Position numbers and translations under genes: made by a program
The notes under the pieces: generated by a model
What the model was told of the DNA's origin: nothing
Database searches by the model: none
What the model saw: only the letters and a program-made list of their open reading frames with translations
Shown: positions 1 through 12,000 of the stretch, in pieces
How the letters are laid out: every line of letters begins with the position of its first letter
Numbering within the stretch: the first letter of the stretch is position 1
Assembly (NCBI GenBank): GCA_964576505.1
Contig: CAZNVD010000005.1
Coordinates: forward strand, 1 to 46,704
Direction: 5' to 3'
Length of the DNA stretch: 46,704 nucleotides
Origin: an uncultured Methanosarcinales archaeon
Lineage (GTDB): Archaea > Nanobdellota > Nanobdellia > Woesearchaeales > WJKV01

Positions 1-3000
1 AATCTTTGCATCAACATCAGCAACAATCTTTGCCTTATCACTAGTTATCTTAACACTAGTATCAGTCTTTGCCTTCTCATATGCCGCTTTCGCAGTTGTT
101 CCACGCTCTCCACCTAAGACCGCTACAAATTCTTCAAATGTAATTTCTTCTCCCTTCGCAATCTTTTCTTTAAGTTTTTTCGCAGTCTCTTCTTTCTTTG
201 TTGTCTCTTCAACTCTTTCATCTACCTCGGCTTTCTCAGCCCGCATAGTTTCTGCAGCAGCCACAATTTCTTCAGGTGTTTCTTCAAGCTTTTTCGCTTC
301 TTCTTCAAGAGCTTTCTTTTCAGCTTCAATTCGCTCCAGAGCTTTCTTTACATCAGGCAACTTGGAGTAATCCCCTTCTGGAATTCCCTTTGCAAGTTCT
401 TCAACAGTTTTTGCTTCGGCTTCAGTAAATCCTCCTTTCTTAGCAATCTCACCTGCCTTTTCAACAAGAACCTCAGTAACTTTTTCTTTGAAGTGTTCTT
501 TAGCAACAGTCTCAGCAGCTGCTGCAGTAGCCGACGCCTCTTTACGAGCCACAGCTTCAGTTCCAAGATCCTCACTAAATTTCTTTGCAAATCCAACATC
601 TTCTTCTTTTGATTTTCTTTCTTTGCCAATAGCGTCAAAGACCTTTGTGAATCTTTTTTCTTCATACTTTTCCTTTGCCCATTTTCCAATGTCAGGTCCA
701 AGCACATCTGTAAATTCCTTAAGAGGAATATCTTCTCCTTTTGCGACCTTACCAGCCAGCTCTCTTGCTGCATCAATATCCTTTGCGCTTTCTTCTATTC
801 TCTTATCAACTGCAACTTTCTCCGCAGTTAAAGCCTCAGCAACTTTTGCTTCTTTTCTGGATTCATATCCTTTCTCAATTTTTCCTTTTGCACTTTCAAT
901 AGTCCCAACATCTTTTTCAGTAACAGCTTTCCTAAACGCTTCACTCTCAGCACCTTTCAAATTAAGCGAATTTTCAACAGTCTTGATATCTTCGGGGGAC
1001 ACAACTTTTCCCGATTTAATATCAGAAATTATCTTGTCTGCAGCAGCAGTAGCCTTTTCTTTCGAAGCATCATATCTTTCGCTGATTTTTTCTGGCGAAA
1101 GTTCGGCTGACAACTGTGCCTTAATAGTACTTCCAAATTTATCGAGCCTTGCAAAGCTTTCATCTGTCGCCTGCTTAAGTCCATCAAGCAATTCCTCCTT
1201 TTCAAGGCGCGCATCCAACCTCTCAGCTGGTGTTTTTTCAGGATCAGCAATTATATCATCAAGCTCTTTTAATTTAGCATCAGCCAACTCTTTATTCGAT
1301 TTGTAAAATTCAAATTGCACCGCCGTCTTAAGTTCAGCAGCTTCCTTCGTTAACTTATCCAATTCATATTTGTTTCCTTCTGTTGGCTCTAGCCTATAAA
1401 GTTCTTTGGCAATGAAAAGATCGAACTGCTTACTTGATTCACTTAATCTCAATTGAAGATCCTGTTTAAACGAATCAACAAGGTCAAATCCAACTAAAGC
1501 CTCACCACGAGGCTCAAACAGAGCACCTAATACTTCACTCACTTCCTGTTCATACTTCAACTTTTCAACCTTTAACTTAGTCAATCCTTCTTTGGTAAGA
1601 CCACCCGCACCATCACCATAATTTGTTCTTATATCTTCAACAGCCTTTGCTAAGCGAGCCGCCGCTCCTGCTTCCAATCCTGGTTTTGTAGGAACACCAG
1701 ATTCACTGAAAGATCCTTCATACAATTCATTTATTTTTTTGACATAGTCAGCCTCAGATATTTTTCCAGAAACAAATTGATCATACTCTTTACCAGCCTT
1801 CTCAACTGCGCGATCTAAATCTGATTTAGCTAAACTTCCTTCAACTGCGTGTTTTATTTTCAATCCTCCAAGGAAAACAATACTGTCAAGCAAGGCAGTC
1901 ATAGTAAATTCTCCAGTACCAAGCGCAGCTCCTGAACCTACAAACACAATGTTTTCTCCCAAAAAGTTAGCCGTATAAAATGCCCCCCTTGCAATTGACC
2001 CACTTGTACCAGTTAAACCTTTTAGAGCAGGTCCAGAGAGTCCGGTCAAACCAGTATATCCTTGAACTAGAGCAAATTGTATTGCAAGGTGTGCAGTGTG
2101 TTCAGCAAATGCTTCAGCAAAGCCTCCAAGTGATGTAATCTCTCCACTATCAACCATCTTACTAACATCTACATATGCAAATGTGGAAGCTTCCTTGAGA
2201 ATACTTGCCCCTCTGAGCAATGTAGTTTCAGTCAAAAGACCCCGTTCCAACGCCTGTGCAAAAGTAAGTTTCGCTACTTCCTGCGTTGCAACAGTTGCAC
2301 CAGCCTTCACCTCAAATCCAAGAAGAGTTTTACCTAAATTTCCCAAACCAGTAAATGCTTTACCTAAACCAGCAATACCTTGAGGACCTATAGAACCAAG
2401 AAGCACAGGCATAAATTCAAGTAAGTTAGCACCAGCATTTGCAGCAATATTTCCTAAGTAATTATCAAACTTCTCAACACCAAAGTACAAGTATAGTGTA
2501 CTTTGCTTATTCTGTAAACTTACAAAGTCCACATCATTATCAGCGCTCTGCAAGTGATCAGGAAACTCCTGCTTCAATCGACTAATCTCATCAAGAGACT
2601 GTTTGGCAATTCTATCCATCTGAGCTGCAAGTTCGAATACATCTGGTTCATTTGCACCAAACATGCTATCTGCGGCATAGTCTAATCCACGATAAATCAA
2701 ATCTCCAAATACAGTACCCCGCAAGAAATCACGAACACCTTTTAGACCTGAAAACACAATTCCAGCATTATCTCGGTATGTTTCAGCTTCCTTGACTATC
2801 TCTTTTAATTCTTCTTCGTAGCGCACAACCATATTTTTTTCAGCAGTTTTATACAAATTACTACTCCATGAATCTCCTTTGTCATATAGGAATCCAATTA
2901 ACTTGACTGCATCCCGTAATACACTTAGTTGTTCTCTGCTGAAGAAACTGCCATCATCATCAAGAAATCCATTGATTTTTTTCACTTCAGCTTCATACCT

Positions 3001-6000
3001 ATTAATGTCAAATCCGAGAGCAGCCAATCTGTTTAACTCTCCTGACGCAGAGCCAATGTAAGCAGTAGTAAAGTCAGTTCTTCCCGTAAGCTCACGGCCA
3101 AATTGTTCACCAAAGAGAACTTTCTTCAAACTTGGTGGAAGATTATCAACAATACTACCTTCTCCACCAAATGGAGAATCCTTTCCGAACAATCCCACAA
3201 ATTCAGGAATCGAGAGCATTGTTCTTATTTCACCAGTCTTAGGATCAGTAAAGATGAAATCCTTTTTAGTAAATTGTGCAATAAAGAAAATATCTTGCAT
3301 GATTTCTGGCTGCAGCTTTGAGAATTCAGATTGGAGTTGAGTTAATTCTTTCAATACGCTACCTCCGTAACCATATTGTCCATGGCTGTACGCTTTCTCA
3401 ACCTCCTTCTTCAGAAACTCAATTCGCTGTTTAAGACCATCATAATACTCTTTCTTTCCAAATGCAGTAATCATTAGTACTGTTTCCAAGTAAGACTGAA
3501 ATCCAGCTTTATGCTGCTCATATAGTTCTGGAACAGTTACAATATATTTTCCCATAGACAATACATCCTGGCGATTAATCTCAGTACTATATTGTCTACC
3601 AAAGCCCAAGTAAGTTCCGACCATATCGGAAAATAATTCAAGCCCGCCTTCAAGAGACATAATATTTATTGATACAAACTCCCTGTACAATTGAGACATT
3701 GCGTCAAATTGTATACGCTCACCCCTGAATGCACTCCTGAGCGCTTCAAATCTAGCTCGGAGTTGAGCAAGATAATCTACAGTTGAAGCAGCTCTGTACT
3801 GTTTAGCATTTCGTTCAACTACATCCCTATAGGATTTCAAAGTCTTTTCCCATTCTTGCAATTCCAAGACTTTTCCTTGGTTTTTCGCACGCTCGGCCGC
3901 ACGATCTTCGGGTGTTTCATAAAGAACCACTGAACCGACGCCAAGGAGATCTTGTTTTCTTTGTTTGATAAGAGCTAATGCCAGATCAATACGACGTAAT
4001 GCATCTTCAGACACCACACCAGTAAGAACTAAAGTTTGTTGCATATATGATTGCAATACGGCAGACAATGCTCTATAATAAAGAGTGCCTGCATCATCGA
4101 GTGATCCTGAATGAAGCATCGACTCAATATTATTATTTTGTTTTATCAAATCCAGCTTGATTAGGAGGTCTGAACCATACTGAACATAAGCTCTTTTAAT
4201 TTCTGCCATTTCTTTGGAATATTGTTCAATGTCTAACCCAGCATTAAGTCTCTCAGTAAGGGCTGTCATCTTATCTGCCCACTCAGCTTCCTTCTGTCCA
4301 ATCCCTTGATATGTTTGCATATTTCTCAAGAAAGCATTATACTCTGTGTCTCCATGATAAAGCGGGAAATAAGACTTAAGCAATGGACCAAATTGGGCTC
4401 GCAACATACTACCAACCATAGTTCCAGTTTCTTTATCTTGAAGATCCAATGCAGCTACCGCAGTCTCAAATATATTCATTCCTCCTTCAGAAATATACCA
4501 GAAAGTTTTGAATTTGGCTTGACCAGGTGGCCAAGAGAAAGCCAGAACATTTTCATTTCTTGGACCTACCATTAGCTGCATGAGTTTGGCAAAAATCTTA
4601 TTGTAATCACCAACAGCTACCGCAAATCCTTTTTTAGCACTAATGGAAGTATCCTGTCCAAAAATACGATCAACAGTTTGAGCACGGTCACTTTTGCCAT
4701 CAGCTCCGTATATTATTTCAGCAACTGGTGCCGCAGCGTCCTTAATGTTCTTGACATTTGAAAGTACATTATCCTGAATCCATTCAATCATTGAAAATGT
4801 TTGATCTTTTGGAAGGTCTTTAAGCTCAGGATTTTGAGCGCTAAGCAAAGCATCAATCCTTTGTTTTTGATCTTCTGTCAATAATCCAAGTTCACTTTGA
4901 CGTTTAAGCGAATCAAGCAAAATATTCTGGATTTTACTATAGACATCTGGTTCACCTGATTTTTCAGCATTAACAAGTAGTCCATCAGTATACCGTTTCT
5001 CCGCTTTTGTTAAGGCAGCGATTAAATCGGCAGAAGGTCCACCTAAGAGTCCAGTATCTGCCAGATTCATTTTTGTCTCTTTGAGGAAGTCAAGTTCCAG
5101 CTTGCTCTGCTCTAGATTAGTAGACACATCTTGTTTCCACTTTGACTCCAAAAGAGTTGTGACTAGTGCATCATTTTCAGCACTACTTCCAAAGCTGCTC
5201 TTGAATGCTGCAGCATAAAACTCTTGAAGGACAGATTTGTCCTGGTAAATAGCATCACTAGTACCAAATTGAGCGTCGTATTGCTCTGCAAGTTTGGAAG
5301 CTTTTTCCAAATCTTCGAGATTTTGAGTAGTCTGATAGGAATTATACACAGCAGTAATCTGCTTTGCCAAGGCTTGCTCGTCAGGCGGCAATCCACTAGC
5401 TCGGGCACCAAAGATAGCGAACGCGGCAGGGTTATATGCATTACTTTTCTTAACGTCATTCCAGAGATCATACTCGCTCTTTCGAGCAAAGTCTTGATAT
5501 TCTTTTGATAGTGCAGCTGATTTTTGATCAACCATCTTTATCTGATCATCTATAGTCTTTATTTGATCATTAAGCTGGAAGTTCTTATCTGCAACCTCTG
5601 CATTTTTTTCTTGAAGTGAAGTAATTTCAACATTAATCTTAGCAATTTCCTCTTTTATGGTTTCATCAGATAATGCTAGTTTAGAATTAACATCCTTAAG
5701 ACTTTTATCAAATTCTGAAAGCTTCTTTTGATATTCTTCAATGTCTGCCTCTATATCAATAATAAGCTGTTGCTGTTCTTGGTTTCGATTGCTGCCATAA
5801 AGTTTAGTATAGAAATCCAAATTTTCTTGTGATCCTTTCAAATCCGACTCCAAAGAAGCCTTCTTGGATTGAAGATCTTTTTGAATATTTTCATTTACTG
5901 TACGTTCTTTCAAGTTACTTTCAAGAATTCTTTGCTGCTCCGCCAGAATTTGTTCTGTGTTAATATTCTTAAATGTCTCTTCATCTAGTCGAGATTGCAA

Positions 6001-9000
6001 TAACTTCAATTCACTTGCCTCAGAATCAGTTAATGATCGCCCCGTCTTTGTAGCATCCTGATTGATGGCATCAATCTTTGACGCAATCTCATTTATTGTG
6101 GTAAGTCTGCTCTGCAATCGTTCAGCGTACAAAGTATCGCCAAGTTTTTGCGCTCTATCCATTTCTTTTTTCAACCAGTCAGAAGAAATGGCTAATTCCT
6201 TATTTGCGTCTCTAAGTTGACTTTCCAAAGGTTCTTTCAGACCATCTTTCGAACTCAATGCATCCTGTAAAGCTTTTAGATTTTCAGGCGTATTAAACGG
6301 ATCATCTTTCTTGCCTTGTATGTACGCAATGATTTTCTCTGGAGTTGGATCCTTAACATTCAATATCACCTCATTCAACAAAGTCTCATCAATCTTTAGA
6401 TCTTTAGCCAGCTTCGCAATCGCTTGTTTAGCTTCTTCAGTTTTTCCCTCTTTAGTTAGAGCCTGCACACCAGCAATCTTACTTGCTCCACCTGGAGTAC
6501 CAACAAGTTTTTCCTTCTCAGCTTGAGTTTGCTTTGCTGCCTCATTAGCAATCTCGCCTTTAACCTGCCTTTCGTCTGAGTACAACTGCAATGAAGCGGT
6601 ATTCCGTTGATCAATCAAATATTTCATTACATTATGAGGAGTAATGTCTGCTATACCAGGAGGCTCTGTTCTTCCTATTAAATTGAGGAATCCAGTTACA
6701 GTCTCAACAGGAATACCTAATTCTGAAGCCACCTGATTCGCAAATGCATCAGCTTCAGCTGCAAGTTTAGCTCTTTCTTCTGCTGTTTCAGCCTTGGCAG
6801 CATTACTATAGCGTACCCACAACTCATTAAGATCATTACTAAACTGATACAACTGTTGCTGACGCTCTGCCAATGATCTTTCAGGATCAAAGAATAAATC
6901 ATCGATATTATTTTTTATATCCTTATTATCTTCAATGCGTTTTTCCTGTTCAAGTTTCTTAATCTCATCAAGGGCAGATTTAATCTCTGGCGATACAGCT
7001 CCACCTGTGGCAAGATCAGTTCCAGAACCCGCATCAATTGCAGCAAACTTGCCCGATCCGGCAGGACTTTGACAGTAAAGAATTCCAGGTCGCTTACATC
7101 CCACACCAGCCAAAGCTGCGAGGAATTGTCCAAGGTTGGGCCTGCTTGGATTTTTTGAATCTGGATCAATAAAGCCGACGAAAGTTGCTGAGCCAGGGCC
7201 AGTGTATTTATTAGTATCATGCATCTGGAATTTGCCAGTAACAGGGTCAGGCAATATTTCAATTTTACTCTTACAATCATTAAACGCCTGTTGGTTTGCA
7301 ATTGTATCTTCAATTTGTTCACAATTGTTTTTCTTGCGAGTATCATCAAGTCTTTCTTCAACTGGCTTTTCCTGCTTATATGTACCAGCATCAGGCTCCT
7401 TTTCAACAGGAGAGAATTCCGCTACTGATCCGTGATCAGTATAATCAACTTCAACTGAAGTTTCTCCAACTTTCTTTTGAGTTGGACCAGTCGCTCCGAA
7501 GGGCTTTTCAGGAATAGGAAGAGGAGGACAGTCATTTTCCGCGAGATATGCTGCCTGGGCTGCTGGCCCAGATGGTGTTGCAATACCTGCGGCATTCACT
7601 CCTGACCAATCCCATCCCACTGTTGGAGGTGAAATAATCAATCCAAATAGTGCAACATTATTTTCACCCGACCATTGCAGGTGTTCAGCAAGTGATCTTA
7701 TGAATAGTTGATGTAAGTTTGAGCTATCAGCCAAGTATTCAGCATGTTTTCGTAAAAATTGCTTGAAATTATCAGGAGAACTTCTTATGTTAACAGGAGT
7801 TTCGCCATGTACATTTTTAATGTTGGCACTCGACAATTTTATGGAAGCAAAGAAATTTATCAAATTATCTGAGTGTTTCTTAACATGTTCCTTGCCCGTG
7901 CCATCCATTGGTTGTGAAGCTATTGTGAAATCACCGAAAACTTGACCACCTATAGCAGAATTCCATCCATCATAAATTTTCATGATTTCATTATTCTTGT
8001 CAATCATATCTGCCATCAGATTGAATCTGTCCATCAACTTTTGCTCCACCACATTAGCCTTCTCAGCATACTCCTCAGGATTTGTTGATTTTTTAGTCTC
8101 AGAATCAAGTCTAGACTCAGATCCCTGAGCATAGTAATTGTATTGTTCTAAATTATTATACATTCCTGGCAAATTTTCCCTTGATTCAATCATTGCGCGA
8201 GTATAGAAATCATACACTCTCAATTGGAAGTTGAGTAAATCAGCAATTCCTTTTGGTTTTCCACCAAAACACTTATTTAATTCCTTCACTGCATTATGCA
8301 TTTCAAGGAATGCCTTGTAGTCAAGGTTTTCATAAGGTGGCTTAATATTAGATTTTTCAGCAATTTTTGTTATTGCCAATTTAACTGCCTCTTTTCTTTC
8401 CCTTCCTTCCAGCGTAGTACCTGGGAATCTCTCATTAATTCTCTTCTGTAAATTAGACAACTCTTCCCCAATGGAGTCTTCTTCTCTTTGCCATTTTTCT
8501 TGTGCCAATTGATAATTGCTTTTGGCTGCTAAATCATTTAATTTATTGATAGCTTCCTTGCGCATTTTGTCCAACGCAGGCTTATCACGAGCATAAACAT
8601 CTTCTGGTTTAAGTTCAATGTCTTTCCCAGTTTTGTCTTTTCCAGCAAATCTAGAACCTAATTCCTGAGCTTCCTTCAAATAATCCTGATAACTACTACC
8701 CTCAAGAGCTCGTTGAGCGTCTTCTCTTGTCATTTTCCCTAACGCAACTTCTGACTCAACACCTTTCTCAATCTTTTCCATCTGCGACGTGGCTTCTTTG
8801 AAACGATTGTAGTCAGACTTCACACTGTCAAGGTCAAAATCTTTCAGCTTGCCATTAGCAGCCTTATACTGTTCCAATTCAATTCGCTCTTGATTCTCTC
8901 TTTCTTTTTGCCCAATAGCATCCAACTCCTCCTGATATTCATCAGACTTACTCAACTTCTCAGCAAACTCATCAGACTGATCAATTCTTAAAATTAAATT

Positions 9001-12000
9001 CTGCAATCTCTGAATACTACTATACCCTTCTGCCAACTCGTTGTGTTTATCAGACTCTTCACAAAACTTAGTCGGAGGCAACCCCAACCGAGGTCGTAAG
9101 TCTTTAATTATCAGCCCAAGATTATACTCAGTTATTCTCCGCGTCTGACCATTAACCCAAATATTATGCTGTCTATGCGATTCTTCATTTTTATCCTGAC
9201 CTGGCTGGATCATCTGATTAACACAAATGTTAGCTGCACCACCACCAGTACAAACTCCCCCACCCCCCCCAGCCAATTTCCCTTTAGCAGTACGCAACCA
9301 AGTCCCCCATCGTTCTGCGAGAACCCAGTTATAGGATCCTTCATGAATTTCTTTTGGTGTACCCACCCAGTCAAACTGAATTTTACCAATTAGCTCTTCA
9401 ACTGCTTTTACTCCTGATTCACGAGTAGCTTCACCAATACCAACACCCCTCATATGTTCATACCAAAGATCAGTCGTCTTAAACTCATCTCCACCGCCAC
9501 CACCGCCTCCTCCACCAGGCGCATTAACAGCGCCTTCAACAACTTCAATTGTATCAAGTGCAGGATCAGGAAGAGCAACAATCCAAACACTTGGCTGTGA
9601 TGCAAGTTGGTAAAATGATTCTTTGCTTTGAATTTCTTCAGGATTAAATGGCCCCATCAATTCAGCACTCAATCCAGGTATTGGAAGTTGCGGCAGCGAA
9701 GTTTCAAAAGTACCAGGAGTGTTCGAAGGTTCAGGAGGATCCTGATCAAGAGCGAATACATCAGTAATATGAACAGTCTGATAAGGGTTAACTCCTTTTT
9801 CATGGAATTCGCTGAATGCCATCACCAAATCTACCGTACTCGGCGCAAGGAATGAACCAGTATCAAGGCCATCATCAAGAGGATAAGGAGCAGGATGTGG
9901 GAATTGACTTGAATCAGGAACTTCATAATTATCAAATGTGTCTAGTGAACCAATTGCTGGAACTGCAGGCACATTGTAAACACAATCATACTGTAGTCCG
10001 GAATCTCCTACTTCTTGAATCTGATTTTCTGGAATTTGACCAACTCCCTCAAGCAGATCTAAATAATATTCAATCTCAGACATCTTATTTTCAGCAGATC
10101 CAATATCATTAGCAGATTCAGACACACCAACAGCTCCAATTGAATCAAGTACAGATTCAATCTCAGTAATTCTACCTTCTGCACTCACAACATCATCTGC
10201 AATCGCGCCGCCAGACAATGGTACAACTTTTCTGTTAGAAACAGTTTCTAAATCTTTTGATGTAACTGTGGATATTACCTTATTTCTATCCGAGAGATCT
10301 TTAGTTGTCCCTACCGCCGGGTTGATAGCATTCAGACTATCAATTGCATTTGCTGATAATTGTCTACTAGGAATTCCATAAGTCCCATCAAATGTACAAC
10401 CAAGTGGAAGTTGATTCAACATTGCAAATTCAGTATCAGGATCACCTGGAACTCCTGGCTGCTTAGATTCAGAAGCTGCCCTTCCAAAATCAGCAATAGC
10501 TCCAATTGTATCACTCACAGGATTAATAATAGTAGAATAAAGAACATCATTAAGCAGAGAAAGAGCATCTGCAGGGGGTTGTGGAGCAACTGGATTTTGT
10601 TCAGCATAAACACGATCAATCGAGCCAGCTATTCTATTTATGCTTGGTAAACTTTCCGCACCACGTGAATAAGTTGCAAAAATGTCATCATCCAGTTCTT
10701 CCAACAAAGCAATACGTCGGACATAATCACCACTACGTGAAGCACTCAACGCACTGATTCGAGCATCTATTGCATCAAGCAGCGCAAGATAAGAATCGTC
10801 ATAAACATCACCATAGGAATCACTAAACTCCGCTGCTTTTGCTCTACTCAATTCTCCACCATAATCTGCCAGAGAAGCAACTCTTGTTTTATCAGGAGTA
10901 ATAACAAAGCCTCGTGCATCATCACCATAATAAATAATTGAGCTATCTGGCAAGATACCATAACCTGCTTCAGTTAGCTTGGTAAAGTATTCTGCCAATT
11001 TAGCAAGATAATCATCAGAAATAGTTCCATCTTCAATCATATCTGCAATCTCACCAGGTGTGCTCTTCAATACATCAATTCCTTTGCCTTCAGGAGCAAT
11101 CAAGCCTGAAATACGTTTATCAGAAGCCAATTTATCAGCTGATATTGCAATAGGAATTGCAGGAACTGTTGGTTCAACTTTTGGTTCAGGTACTTTCAGT
11201 TTTGGTGATTTCACTGATAATGTCCGAGCCTTTTCAAGTGCAGCATATACATCCTTACTCAAAGCCACAGGAACTCCATCATTCAAATAAGTCAAATATT
11301 TATCAAATAGTTCAAATGACAAAGGTATTTCAGAATAGGCACCTTCAACAGCATCCAAAATGAAATATTCTCCAACATCAACAGAAGGAGACATGTAAGT
11401 TCTAAAGATCTTTCGTTCATCAGTAATTCTTCTATATTCTCCAGCTTTAGAAATAGATAAAATAATTCTCTTAATTGACTCAGGTTGTTTATTCAGTTCA
11501 TTATACGCAGTAAAAGTATTTTCAGGAAGCCCCCCATGTCCTAATTCACTCAATACTGCTCCAGATTCAGAAGCACGTGAAATTTCATCTGAAAGTTCAG
11601 TTGTAAGGCTATCAAGCAATCCACGCTCAGAAACTGTTAGTCGAGGTAGTAGATCTGAAATAAAGTATCCAAATATTTCTCTATCAGAATCAGAAGCATC
11701 ATCACGAAGGAATCTTGTCACAGAAGTAATTGTATCAGCATTCAATGATTCAAGAGCAAGTAAAACAGAAACTTCTTTCTCACCAACAGAAGTCAAAGTT
11801 CTAAGACTGTCAGTTTCAGAATCAGATAAATCTTGTTCACTCAACATGCGAAGAGTAGACAACCTAACAGCTTCCTCAATTTTTGTCGAAGTAATAATAT
11901 TTTTGTCAGCAACTGACACTATATTTTCAAAGACTCTATATGTAAACTCAACTCCCTCACTTACAAACTTCCTTTCGGGCTTCCGTTGTATAAGTAATGC

